Origin: Scyliorhinus canicula
Taxonomy: Eukaryota
Assembly: GCF_902713615.1 (NCBI RefSeq)
Contig: NC_052156.1
Location: forward strand, 151,220,804 to 151,284,803
Direction of reading: 5' to 3'
DNA: 64,000 nucleotides
The notes below the pieces were generated by a model. The model was not told the DNA's origin, ran no database searches, and was given only the letters and a program-made list of their open reading frames with translations. Within the stretch, counting starts at the first letter, position 1, and the number at the start of each line of letters is the position of its first letter. Positions 49,681-61,234 of the stretch are shown here, in pieces. The translations under genes and the position numbers were made by a program.

Positions 49681-52239
49681 ATGCGTCTTACGGTTTTTGA
49701 GATAGAAAATGAAATGTTACGAGTATTTCGTGTACAACCGAGTGGAGCACAGAACAGGGAAAAAAAGAGGGCCAGAGTCGAAGAAGAGTCCCATCAAAGA
49801 GGGGCATTAGATGCATGGATAAAAAGAAGTAAAGAAGTAGGAGAACCTGGAGAAGTAAAAGATGATGTGGGTGCAGAGAAGGATTTTTCTGATACGGATT
49901 CAGCTCGGTCAGAACATAATACTCTCTCTCCTCAGTCTCGTTGTCAGGATGATGATCCATGTGAAGAAAATAAAGAAGATTTTTGCATATTTTTGCAAAG
50001 AAGCGATTTTGGCTGTTTGAAGAAACCGATTCCAGATCATTTGAAGATGACAATATTACAACATGGCCCTGAAAGATATCAGAATAAAAGTGGTCCATTT
50101 GCTGAGAAGGATGGGAGATCATTTTCCAAACAGTGGTTTGATAAAGTTTCCACAAACGGAGAAATTGTGGAGAGAAAATGGTTGTTATACTCTCCATATC
50201 GGAAAGCATGCTACTGTTTTGTTTGCTTTTTGTTTTCAAAGGAGCATTTGTCGTCTGTGTTAAACTTTGGAAAGGAAGACGGTTTCTCCACTTGGAGAAA
50301 ATTAAATCAAACAATACCTGACCATGAAAAAAGCCCTTCTCATAGAGCTCACATGAGGGAATACCTGAACCTCGTAGTTCGACTCCATCATTCAACTACG
50401 ATAGATGCTGAACTTCAACAGCAAATGTCTGCTGAAAAGAAAAGATAGAAAGCTATAACTGAACGGATTGTCGAGGTTATATCCTTTCTGGCAAAACAGA
50501 ATCTGGCCTATCGTGGACATCGAGGAGAAGGAATATCTGGGTTATCAGAGCCAGGGGAGACAGTCAGTGAAAATACAGGAAACTTTCTAGCAACAATCAG
50601 ACTTTTGGCCAAATATGATGACATCTTAGCAAAACACTTGCAGAGAGGGAAAGAGAAACCAAAAAGTGTCACCTACTTGTCCAACAGAATTCAAAACGAA
50701 ATAATCAATCTTCTTGGTGAAACTGTCAAGAAAAATATAATTTCCGAAATTAAGGACGCAAAATATTTTAGCATAATGCTGGATTCAACTCCAGATATTG
50801 CCCATGAAGATCAGGTTTCTGAAATTCTGCGTTACGTTCATATTGATGAAAACAGAAAAGTAGAAATAAAGGAGACATTTCTGGGATTTTTTCAAGTCAA
50901 CAAGAAAGATGCAGTCAGCCTGGTAAATAAAATTCAGGAAAAATTGGAAGAAGACAAAATTTCCATGAATGACTGTCGTGGTCAAGCATATGATAACGCA
51001 GCAGTTATGGCTGGAGTGAGAGGAGGTGTTCAACAAAAAATTCTTGAAGTTAACCCAAAAGCTGTGTTTGTGAACTGCGAGAACCACAGCCTCAATTTGT
51101 CCTGTGTCCATGCAAGTGAGGTGCAACCTGTTGTTGTTACATTTTTTGGCATTCTAGAAAAACTCTTTACTTTTTTTTCTTCATCTACTTCTCGTTGGGA
51201 AGTGTTAAAATCATTTGTCACTCGGACTGTGAAAAGACAGTGTGACACAAGATGGAGTTCCAGCCATGATGCTGTGCAAGTAATCCACGAAGAGTGTGAC
51301 AACGTTATTGCAAGCCTTCAACACCTGCTGGAAGGAGAATTTTCAAGGGAAACTAAATCTGATGCAGGATCGCTACTGAACTCTATTCAACAGTTCCCGT
51401 TTATAGCTTTATTAAATTTTTGGTACTCAGTTTTATCATCAGTGGATAAAGTCTCAAAACGTTTGCAGGATCCGAAAATGGGGTTCCATGAAGCTTCTTG
51501 TGATCTGAGAGGACTTATTCATATCTTGAATTTGAAGAATGACGAAATTATCCACAATGCAATAGATTTAGCCAATGAATATTGTCAAAATTGGGGAATA
51601 CCAATTGCACGAACAAGGAGAAGAAGAATAATGCCTGGAGAGTCAGCAAGAGATAGTGTACTGACGGCGCAAGAAGAAATGAATAGAGTAATGGTAGAGA
51701 TTGTGAACAGATTAAAAACTGAAATTGAAGACCGCAGTGTCCGTCTTCAAAGACTCAGTGACCGATTTTCTTTTCTTCTGAACTTGAATTCAGGAGTGAT
51801 TGAAGATGAACAAGAAAGAGAGAAATTAAAAAAGGAATGTTCAGACTTTGCAAATTATTATGACAATGATGTGGTTGCAATTCAGTTATATGACGAAATT
51901 ATTGATTTTGTGATGCTCTTTCGAGCTGGAGGGAATAGAGTTCCCCCTGATCCTAAAGATGCTCTGGAGTCTTTACTGCAGTATGGGAGGGATGTCTTTC
52001 CGACGCTGTGTGTTTCATACAGATTACTGCTTACAATCGCATTTTCAGTCGCAAGCTGTGAAAGGTCATTTTCAAAACTGAAATTAATAAAAACATATCT
52101 GAGGTCTTCTATGTCACAGGAGCGACTGACCAACCTGGCTTTAATAAGCATTGAAAAAGAATTTCTCACAGCTGATGTAAAAAGTGAAGTAGTTCAGGTG
52201 TTTTGTGACAGGAGGTATCATTTGGGGAAAAGAACTTAA
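49681..52239 (+). pseudogene. hAT transposase (TTF-type Zn finger, DUF4371-like, catalytic core, hAT dimerisation domain), ~850 codons, one in-frame TAG at 50446-50448
   Basis: WLLYSP..KACYCFVC; FSIMLDSTPD; CRGQAYDNA; CENHSLNL; VASCERSFSKLKLIKTYLRSSMSQERL. ORFs 49681-50448 and 50605-52239 share a frame, and the 52 codons between them are open. Confidence 0.92.
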
Positions 52240-53562
52240 TAAATTTGATTGATTTATATTAAAATCGAATAAAGCATTTATTTCATGTTTCATCTGTGTT
52301 TATATATTCAAAATGTTTTCCTTTCTCATAATATTTCTCAGCATATTAGGCCTTATACTTGAGTCTTTGGGGCATACACTCAAGATTTGCCCCGGGCATC
52401 ACCAGACCTCTGCACGCCACTGCTTCTTGAACCGCCACAGTCCCTAAGCTGCTGTTAGGGAGGGAGTTCCAGGATTTTTCCCCAGTGACAGTGAAGGAAC
52501 GGCGATATATTTCCAAGTCAGGGTGGTGAGTGACTTGGGGGAACCTTCAGGTGGTGGGGTTCCCAAGGTATCTGCTGCTCTTGTCCTTCTGGATGGTAGC
52601 GGCCGTGGGTTTGGAAGGTGCTGTTTAAGGAACCTTAACGAGTTGCTGCAGTGCATCTTGTAGATGGTATGCACGGCTGCCACTGTTCGTTGGTGGTGGA
52701 GGGTTTGAATGTTTGTGGAAGAGAGAGCATCAAACGGAGTGCTTTGTCCTGGATGGTGTTTGAGTGTCTTGAGTGTTGTTGGAGCTGCACTTATCCAGGC
52801 ACGTGGAGAGTATTCCGTTACACTCATGGTGGACAGGCTTTGGAGGGGTTAAGAAGTGAGTTACTCGCCGTAGGATTCCTAGCCTGTGACTTGCCCTGGT
52901 AGCCACAGTATTAATATGGCTAGTCCAGTTCAGTTTCTGATCAATGATAACCCCCAGGAATTTGATTGTGGGAGATTCAGCGATGGTAATGCCATTGAAT
53001 GTCATGGGGGGGATGGTTAGATCCTCACTTATCGGAGATGGTCATTGCCTGGCACTTGTGTGGCGTGAATGTAACTTGCCACTTGTCAGCCCGAGCCTGG
53101 ATATTGTCCTGGTCGTGCTGCATTTGGACACAGACTGCTTCATTATCTGAGGAGTCGCGAATGGTGCTGATCATTGCGCAGTCATCTGCAAACATCCTCA
53201 TTTCTGACATGATTGCAAAGCGATCGAGACAGGGAAGTAAGTATTTAGGACTTCATTTCTGGAAGATAAAACGAAAAGGGAGGTGTGGTTTTCACGATAT
53301 TAAAGATCGGGGTAAAGATGGTCGGGAGAAAGGAACTGAGCTCAGATAATAAAGAAATAGGATCAGTTTGGATGGAGCAAGAAACAGAAATGGGGAGTGA
53401 CTCCTTCAACTTAAGGTACCAGTGAAATTTGGTGATGTGAAACTCCTATCATCTGCTCGGCTTAATATCAGTCCCTCTGGATATGTATTTGCCACAAATA
53501 TTGAATAGATGCTTGGAAAAGTAAACCAGTCACTCATTTTATGGGTTTTTATTTTTCAGGCA

Positions 53563-53614
53563 ATGGAGAATCTACTGTACATCACATTTCTGTTCTTCCA
53601 ACGGCTTATTTTCA
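53563..53614 (+). CDS. Leader/signal-peptide exon of B7-like gene: MENLLYITFLFFQRLIF (phase 1)
   Basis: Acceptor tttttatttttcag| (exon starts 53560), GCAATGG Kozak context, donor TTCA|gtaagt; A+GT joins the IgV exon in frame. Confidence 0.85.
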
Positions 53615-54928
53615 GTAAGTGCTTTGTCTTCATTCAGGGGCTTTCTGTTAGTATGTAATCCACTGTGTGGTTGGTCTCAAAATATGTAGCTGCCCTTAAG
53701 CCAATAGTTTTATCTTTAATGGTTATTCATTGATTTCATCACAAATGTTCTTTTACCAGAACATATGCCCAACAATACCATGAAGGATAACTGTCTGCGG
53801 TTGTGTCTCTTCCATTGTCCTCCCTACTTGCCTGTTCAGTCTTCATTTATTCCTTTTTTATTACTTTGGCTATTTTTACTTTGGACGGGATTTGCCAGCA
53901 GTTCGTGCTGGCGTCGAATTCTCCACTGTGGATTCCCCGGTGGAGGAGGGTGGGAACAACGGGAAGCCCCATTGACCGTGGCGGGGCGAGAAGATCTCGC
54001 CGCTAGCCAATGGCAGGCCGCCTCTGTCTTTTATATCTAAATAATTGGACCAGTTCCAATAATCCTTCTTGTATATTGTTTCTGCGTTAAACATTATCTA
54101 ATGAAGACTGTGAATAGGAATCTAAGAAAAATAATTAGTAAGAACGCAGTATAAATCCAGCTTGAACGGTGGAAAATAGGTTAAAAGATTAAACACAAGT
54201 TTGGAAGGAACTTGCATTTATATAGCAATATACCACTTATTTTCAGAAATCCCAAATACTGAAAGCCAAAGAGTTTTAAAGTGCAATCACTGCTCTCATG
54301 TGGACAAATGTGGCAGTCAATTTGTGCATGGCAAGATCCCACAAACCGTCCATGAAGTGAATGATCAGTTAATGATACTCATGATGGTGTCATTTGAAAG
54401 AGGAACATTGATTAAGCTAGCAGTGAACTCCCTGGACTGAATTTCATACTCTCCCTCTGGGGGTTTATAGGCAGGGGTGAGCAAGAAATAGCAAAAATAG
54501 GCTTCCCGCTGGATTTATACCTGCCTGGACCTCGCAGCAATTTTACGCTAAGGCAGGCAAAAGCTCAGATGGGCTGTCCATCTATGTCCCAATTAAGGCT
54601 GTTAAATGGCCAATTATTATTTTTTTAGTTCAGATTACCCAGTTATTTTTTTACAATTCACCTGGACTGCAGGCGCGGGGGAGGGCCTCCAACATAGACT
54701 CCCGTTTAACTTTGGGTGTCCCACCCCACCCCTGTTTTAAGGTCCAAATTCCTCCCTCCCCACCATGCCCGCTCCATCAACATCTCTGTCCCCCATTACC
54801 CAATCACCTTTTACCCAACTCCCAACCCGTCATGCTTCCTGTGTCTTCTAGAATCAAGCACAGTGTCTATGGTTCCTCCATGTTTGTCATTAAAATTATG
54901 TATTTTTTATGTCCTGTATTTTCATTAG

Positions 54929-55276
54929 GTGAAGGATCTTTCTCTCGGGTTAATGGAATCTTGGGTACAGACATATCACTGCCCTGCACCTTTCCTGTTG
55001 CAGTCAATTTCAATCTGCAGGATCTTGTCATTACCTGGCAGCGAACAGCCAGTTCAATTGTGGTTCACAGCTTCTACAATGAGGAAAACCATCCAGAGTA
55101 TCAAGACTCAGCATTCAGGGGACGGACCAAGCTATTTCCTCAAGAATTCCCCAGAGGGAATGCTGCTGTCAGACTGAAAGGAGCAACTATGTCGGATCAG
55201 GGGAACTACACCTGCTACGTGATTCAAGAGGATGGAAAAGGCTACATTGAGCATTTGGTGGAACTGCAATTGTACG
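54929..55276 (+). CDS. IgV exon of B7/butyrophilin-family type
   Basis: Acceptor ttttcattag|, donor TACG|gtgagt, phase 1-1. LPCTF, VITWQR, VVHSFY, YQDSAFRGRTKLF, GNAAVRL, DQGNYTC give the canonical V-set Cys/Trp plus B7-type motifs. Confidence 0.95.
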
Positions 55277-55769
55277 GTGAGTGCATGGATATCTCCCAGC
55301 AGTAGATAGATCACAGAACAGTCAACATTTTATTGAGGGAATTGTGCTTAGTCAGAGACTCCTGATCATCATCTGGAAAGTGCTGCAAAGTTTTGATGTA
55401 TTTAAAAGTTACTGTGAATGAGGAAGATTCAAGTGAATGGAGCTTGTTAGGTGTGTAGGATAAATATATTGAGCCACCTTTATGCTTTGCAGAAGGTGAC
55501 TTTCATAACCCACACAGGACCTATGAAGTGGCAGTAACAAAACTCTCCGTGAACCTCGCCGAATACGATCTCCCCCGTTAAAGTGGATTGAGAACCCTAA
55601 ACCATGTATCTTCTGTGTGAGGTTGGGTAGTTTGGGTACCGACAGGAGAGTCCAGCTGGGATCTTTTGTGCTGTGTAAATAATAGTTAGCGTAATAAACC
55701 TTTATTTCCTTTTAACAACTTGGTGTGGACTCCTTCATGGTCTACAAAACTGACGACAGGGGCTCAACT

Positions 55770-56800
55770 AGTTTGCTGTTGACACTGTTAATCTGTCGGT
55801 TCATCTACCACCACCTGATCATCAACTGTGAGGTGAGTGCCCCATATCAGAATGTGCCCAGAAGTCTGACCACTACCGTTGGCTACCGAGGTGTGTGTCT
55901 GTGCTGATGGACGATGGGGGTGACAGGTGTGCCGCGAAAACGATGGCATCCTTGGAGCTCTCCTCTGAGGTGTTCTCCTTGGGAGGCGCCTGTTGGGGAG
56001 GGGGCATCCCAGATGGGCCGACGCCGTCGGCTGCTTGTCCTGCGGAAGAATGGATGTGGTCAGTGGGAGGGATGGGTCAGTCTGACCGGTCATCTGGGTG
56101 GGGGCCAGTGGATCCTCACCTCTGCGCCGTACGGCAACTTCTACATTGGTGACAGATCTGTCCTCGGCCACACCCGCAACCTCCAGGACCCATTCCTCAT
56201 AGGAGGTGACGACTCTCATTCCGGCACCCCGCTGCCCGTCAGGGCCCTCTCCTATTGGTTGTGGGACAACGTTGCCTGCGGGGACACAGAGGGATGTCTT
56301 TAGCCACTTGTGTGGTTCGTTATAGGTGTAGGGGTTGGGGGGGCCATTGAGGAGATGGACTGTATGGGGGGGGAGGATTAGGGAGTATGGGGGGAGCGTG
56401 AGGCACATGGATGGCACTGCTGGACATGTGTGCTGGAACACGGGATGGTGCTGGGTGGAGGTGGTGCCAGGCTCATTCCCTTGGCGCGGGGTGAGGGGCA
56501 GTGCCAACTCACCCGAGCGGCACTGGGTGCTGGTCCTCCGGGTCACACTCCCCAAGCTGCCGGTCACTGCCACAGCTTCCCAAGCAACACTGGCTGCCCT
56601 GTAGCTGACCCTCCGAGACCCTCAGAGGAGCAGGGCATCCGGCCTGGTCTCGGGTGCTTCAAGTAATCTGCCCAAGTCTGCACCACTGAATTGTGGGGCT
56701 GGTTGACTCGGTGGCATGGCTGTGAGCTGAGTGGGGTTGACTGTGCAGGATCAGTTTAGGGGCTGCTCTTCCTTGTTAGCAGGGGGCTGGCGAGCGCGGT
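55770..56800 (-). mobile_element. Harbinger-associated Myb/SANT-like gene remnant
   Basis: VAVTGSLGSVTRRTSTQCR resembles the Myb_DNA-bind_5 helix; GC-rich and decayed. Confidence 0.55.
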
Positions 56801-56879
56801 CCCGGCGGGTCAGCTGACTGGACCATCATTTGCGGCGTGATGCTCGTGAGGCCTAGTTAAGTGGACCAATTAACATTTT

Positions 56880-58260
56880 ATAGTGATCTCCGGTTTTGTT
56901 TGGGCGGGTAAAACCCCGTGAGTGAAGACGGTGAAGATGGAGTGTGGCCGGGGGGGAGGGTGGGCTGGCGCTGCCGAACTTTAGCAACTATTACTGGGCG
57001 GCAAATATAGCCATGATTGGGAAGTGGGGGAAGGGTCGGTGTGGGAGCGAGTAGAGGCAGCATCTTGTAAGGACACATGTTTAGGGGACATTGATCAAGG
57101 CACCTCTGCCATTCTCGCCGGCCTGGTATTCCACAAGCCCGGTGGTAGTGGTGGCCCTGAGAGTCTGGGGCAGTGGAGGAAACGTGCGAGAGCGGAGGCA
57201 GCATCGGTTTGGGCTCCAATCTGTAGCAACCATCGGTTTGCCCCAGGGAGACATGATGGAGGGTTTCAGAGATGGCAGGGATCGGGAGGATGGGAGATTT
57301 GTTTATAGATGGTAGCTTCCCTGGTTTGAGGCAGTTAGAGGAGAAGTTTGAGTTGACGGGAGGGAATGGGTTTAGGTATCTGCAGATTCGGGACTTCTTG
57401 CGAAGGCAGGTTCTAACCTTCCCACTCCTACCGCCACGGGGGATACAAGATAGGGTCATTTCTAGAGTATGGGTGGGAGAGTCGCAGATATCTATAAAGA
57501 ATTCATGGAGTCAGAAGAAACGCAGACAGAGGAGCTAATGCACAAATGGGAGGAGGAGTTAGGGGGAGAGATAGAGGCAGGTCTCTGGGCGGATGCGTTA
57601 AGCAGGGTCAACACATCCACATCATGTGCCAGGCTCAGCCTGATACAATTTTAAAGTCGATCACCGGGCACACATGACGGTGGCCCGGATGAGCAAGTTT
57701 TCTGGGATAGAGGACAGATGTGCAAGGTGCGCGGGAGGGCAAGCGAACCATGGCCACATGTTTTGGGAATGTTCGAAGCTTAGGGGATTCTGGCAGGGGT
57801 TTGCGGAGGTGTTAAAAACAAAGGTGGCACCGAGTCCAGGGGCGGCGATTTTTGGAGTGTCGGAGGACCCCGGAGTCCAGGGGGCGAGAGATGCCGACGT
57901 CTTGGCCTTTGCTTCCCTGGTAGCCCGGAGACGGATACTGTTCGCATGGAGGGACTCGAAGCCCCCGAAATCACAGACCTGGGTCAATGACATGGCTGGC
58001 TTTCTCAGTCTTGAGAAAATCAAGTTCACTCTAAGAGGGTCAATGCTAGGGTTCGTCCGGAGATGGCAACCGTTTGTCGATGTCTTTAGAGAAAATTAAC
58101 TGTCAGCAGAGGTGGTGAGGGGAGGAGGGGTTTCGTCTAGATTACTGTTCGAGGAAGGTGGGAGGTAGAGGATCTTTGCACTATAGTATGTGTATAGTTG
58201 TTTGTATATGGTTTACTGTTACTGTTATAAAATCATAAATGCCTTAATAAAATATTTTAC
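56880..58260 (+). mobile_element. L1/Tx1 3' end
   Basis: GNGFRYLQIRDFLR; IEDRCARCAGG..NHGHMFWEC; AATAAA near 58246. Confidence 0.85.
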
Positions 58261-58353
58261 AACGAGAAACATTTTATAGTGGTATCGGCTGAGAGTCGGG
58301 AAACCGACAGCGGTTCCTGCTCGCTACCTCACTGAGAAACCTTTTTGTAAAAT

Positions 58354-58377
58354 TGTGGTGAATGTAACTCACACTGT

Positions 58378-58414
<37 letters not shown>

Positions 58415-58661
58415 CCGTACGATTGTAAGCGCAGTTGCGTTTCCCGACCACTAGGGGGAATATCTCTGGGAATGCTTAGGAGTTTGTACAGGGCTCCACC
58501 CACGGCTCCTCCCCCTGGACTGCTGTATAAATATCGATGCCCAGAGCCAGCCGACCAGTTCATCGAGAGTTCAACGTGTAACAGGCTGGCTCTGTAGTAA
58601 GTAGATTAAAACCACTGTTCATATCTCAAAGCACGTGTCTAGTGAATTGATGGTCTCATCA
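58354..58661 (+). mobile_element. Solo LTR with internal (TA)n
   Basis: TGTGGTGAAT...CATCA termini; 5-bp TSD AAAAT on both sides; TATAAA inside; homologous to 63326-63606. Confidence 0.8.
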
Positions 58662-59094
58662 AAAATCGCTCCCTATACCTGTGTCCCCTTTCCGACATAT
58701 AACCTAGGAGGTCGATTAGCAGAGCACATAGCTTTTTGGGTGAAGTCCTCCGAGCTTTTTTAGAATTGATGTTAGTAAAGGTTGAACGATGTCCAGTCTT
58801 GCCTCCTTAATGAGTGCTGCAGACATTTGAAGTGGCAATCAATTATTTAGTGAGGTTCCAGATGCCGTTCCTTATCCTTGCTTCAGTTCCTTTAACAAGG
58901 CGACAGCTTACTCTAAACACCAACTAATTTGGTATTTCAGCTCAAACCTCCACCGTGGTCACATCAGGGGATAGTTAATGCCTGGACTTGCTGCTAAAAA
59001 TAGTTCATGTCACAGGCAGACTGAGTGATCTTTGTTTGTCAGTTCTTAATGGAGTCATTTAACCTTAATGTCCTGATTATTCCATATCTCCTAG

Positions 59095-59256
59095 AAAAAC
59101 CACTGGTTCCTGGAACTGATGATAAAAATCCAGCTTTGGAAAGAAAAAATCCAGAATTTCTAATGGCAATCTCAGGTGGAATTCTGATTGTTTTAATTAC
59201 AGTCGGAGTTGGACTTTGCAGAAAGCAAAAGACAAAGTCACAATATCCTGACGAGG
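59095..59256 (+). CDS. Stalk + transmembrane + juxtamembrane exon: (E)KPLVPGTDDKNPALERKNPEFLMAISGGILIVLITVGVGLCRKQKTKSQYPDE
   Basis: Acceptor ccatatctcctag|, donor GAGG|gtgagt, phase 1-1; ~21 hydrophobic residues followed by a basic stop-transfer stretch. Confidence 0.9.
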
Positions 59257-60271
59257 GTGAGTAAAGTGTTTAGAAATGTTAGGCACTTACCATGTGACTT
59301 GGATAAACATAAATACAAATTTGATACAAATCTACAACAATCGAATTACAAAATTCATTGGAAATTTTCTTGAATATTTACGGTTACGGTTTCTTTACCT
59401 GGAAGTGAATTTGCTGCTTTCTATCTCCTATTCTGGTTACACTTAAAAACTACGGATGAGATCTTCTGAGACTTCATGCTCGTGGGTTCTTCTGATCCTT
59501 CGACGACGCAGCTCCGCCGAGGGTTTCCCAGCGACGTAGGGTAGATTCAGTGGGAAATCCCATTGATAGCTGTGGGACCAGAAGATCCAGCCCACAGTGG
59601 GCCACCTCCAGCTGCCGAGAAACACATCGCGAGGGAGACCAGAGAAACCCCTATGTTGATGTGTAGATATAAAATGTGTATTGGTACAAGATATGTGATA
59701 TGATTAAGTTCTGTAAATGTATGATCTGTTATGTGATTGTTAACTTATACTAAGTATAACGCAACCTGCCTTAATACTACGAGCCCAGCTTTAACATGAA
59801 GTAGTCTTTCTTTGGACCAAGATTAATAGATTGCGAGGTTAAATTTTCCAAATTTCCACTTAAAGCATTGGCCCTTCAGCACTGGGAATTGCACATTTTA
59901 AAAAATATCGCCCAAGTATTATGTCAAGAGTCAGAGGCTGAATTTACTGATTTTTGAGAGACCCTTCTCCAGGGGAAGCTCCACTGTGGGCTCGATTCAG
60001 CTCGTAACACCAGAACTGCGATATGTCTTAGTATCAGTAAGAATGGAGCTACTTGACACTGATGCTCAGTTTGTGTTTGAATAGAGCTTGAAACGGCTTC
60101 AGACTCACTGAGTAACAAACTGTTACACGATATAAATCATAGAACCACTGCTTTACAATTGTATTCTCAATCATTGACTGCGGATTGTGGAAAATCTTGT
60201 CAGATTTGTTGTAATTTAATCTAATCTAATATATTCTGTACAGTGGCTTGAATGTTTAGTCCCCAGTGGGG

Positions 60272-60630
60272 GTGAGCACTGATGTAGGTAGGTGGGAGTG
60301 AGCACTGAGGTAGGTAGGTGGGGGTGAGCACTGGCCAGCATGCCAGTCTCCCAGCACCATCCCACCACCCAACAGCAGCCGGGCAGGTCAGCACTCCAGG
60401 AGGCTTCGAGGCCTTCCCCGTCTGCCTCGCTTCGAGGCCTTCCCCGTCTGCCTCGCTTCGAGGCCTTCCCCGTCTGCCTCGCTTAGAGGCCTTCCCCGCC
60501 TGCCTCGTTTAGAGGCCTTCCCCGCCTGCCTCATTTAGAGACCTTTCCCGCCTGCCTCGCTTAGAGGCTTCCCCCGCCTTTCTTGCTTAGAAGCCCCGCC
60601 TGCCTCACTTAGAGGCCTTCCCCGCTGCCT
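60272..60630. repeat. Two adjacent 26-bp minisatellites (~2.5 copies at 60272-60335; ~9 copies at 60403-60630)
   Basis: Units gtgagcactgaggtaggtaggtgggg and gcttcgaggccttccccgtctgcctc. Confidence 0.9.
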
Positions 60631-61019
60631 AGCTTCAGATGCAGCCACGGGTTGTCCTTTAGTGATTCCTCCCCACGCCCCACAATGGTGACATGTCTTC
60701 TACGAGTTTTTCTATAATATGAACTACTACATGTTGGAGAGAGGGCACATCCATCTTTGAACCCCTGCTCCCTCACTTACTAGAAAGGTCAGACTGCTGC
60801 TTCCGGCATGGTAGAGGGCCTCCTACTGACCTTTCAGCTTCATGGGCCTATCATGCATCCTTAATTGGATGGTGACCCTATCCTCTGGTCTTTAATTGGC
60901 TAATTCGAGGAAATTCACATCTGATTGACTGTTCCTGGACATTGCCGACCTCTAACCGTATTTGACCCTGACTGCCGGATCCCAAATGTGGCGTACTTGG
61001 GTTTTAAGAAGGCTTTTTT

Positions 61020-61232
61020 CTAAAATTTAGAGTACCCAATTATTTTTTTTCCAATTAAGGGGCAATTTAGCATGGCCAATCCACCTAACCAGCACATCTT
61101 TTGGGCTGTGGGGGTGAAACTCACGCAGACACGGAGAGAATGTGCAAATTCCAAGATGGACCAGGGCTGGGATTCGAACCCGAGTCCTCAGCACCGTAGT
61201 CCCAGTGCTAACCACTGCACCACTGTGCTGCC
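61020..61232 (-). mobile_element. HE1-related SINE
   Basis: Reverse complement of the 1950-2177 family. Confidence 0.8.
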
Positions 61233-61234
61233 CT

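Larger units (their letters stand above)
48693..52422 (+). mobile_element. hAT DNA transposon, complete ends
   Basis: Perfect 16-bp TIRs CAGTGGCGTGCAGAGG / CCTCTGCACGCCACTG; 8-bp TSD CTTCTTGA (48685-48692, 52423-52430). Confidence 0.95.
48600..53212 (-). mobile_element. L2/CR1-superfamily LINE 3' part (same family as 41320-42250) split by the hAT element
   Basis: gagctgccttcttga|hAT|accgccacagtcc rejoins to match 41400-41430. Confidence 0.8.

Noticed and set aside
49688-50395. 235-aa minus-strand ORF
   Set aside because: Antisense shadow of the hAT transposase, with no recognisable motifs.
54712-54928. N-terminal 72 aa of track ORF 54712..55305
   Set aside because: Read-through of intronic repeat sequence upstream of the true acceptor at 54928; the real leader is exon 53563-53614.
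53563-59256. Naming the gene CD274/PD-L1, CD276 or VTCN1
   Set aside because: Family-level motifs are clear, but there is no IgC exon, no recognisable syntenic neighbour (no PLGRKT-like exons seen) and no way to run a phylogeny.
60403-60630. Regular short repeats as a possible CRISPR array
   Set aside because: Units are contiguous with no unique spacers, and the DNA is vertebrate.
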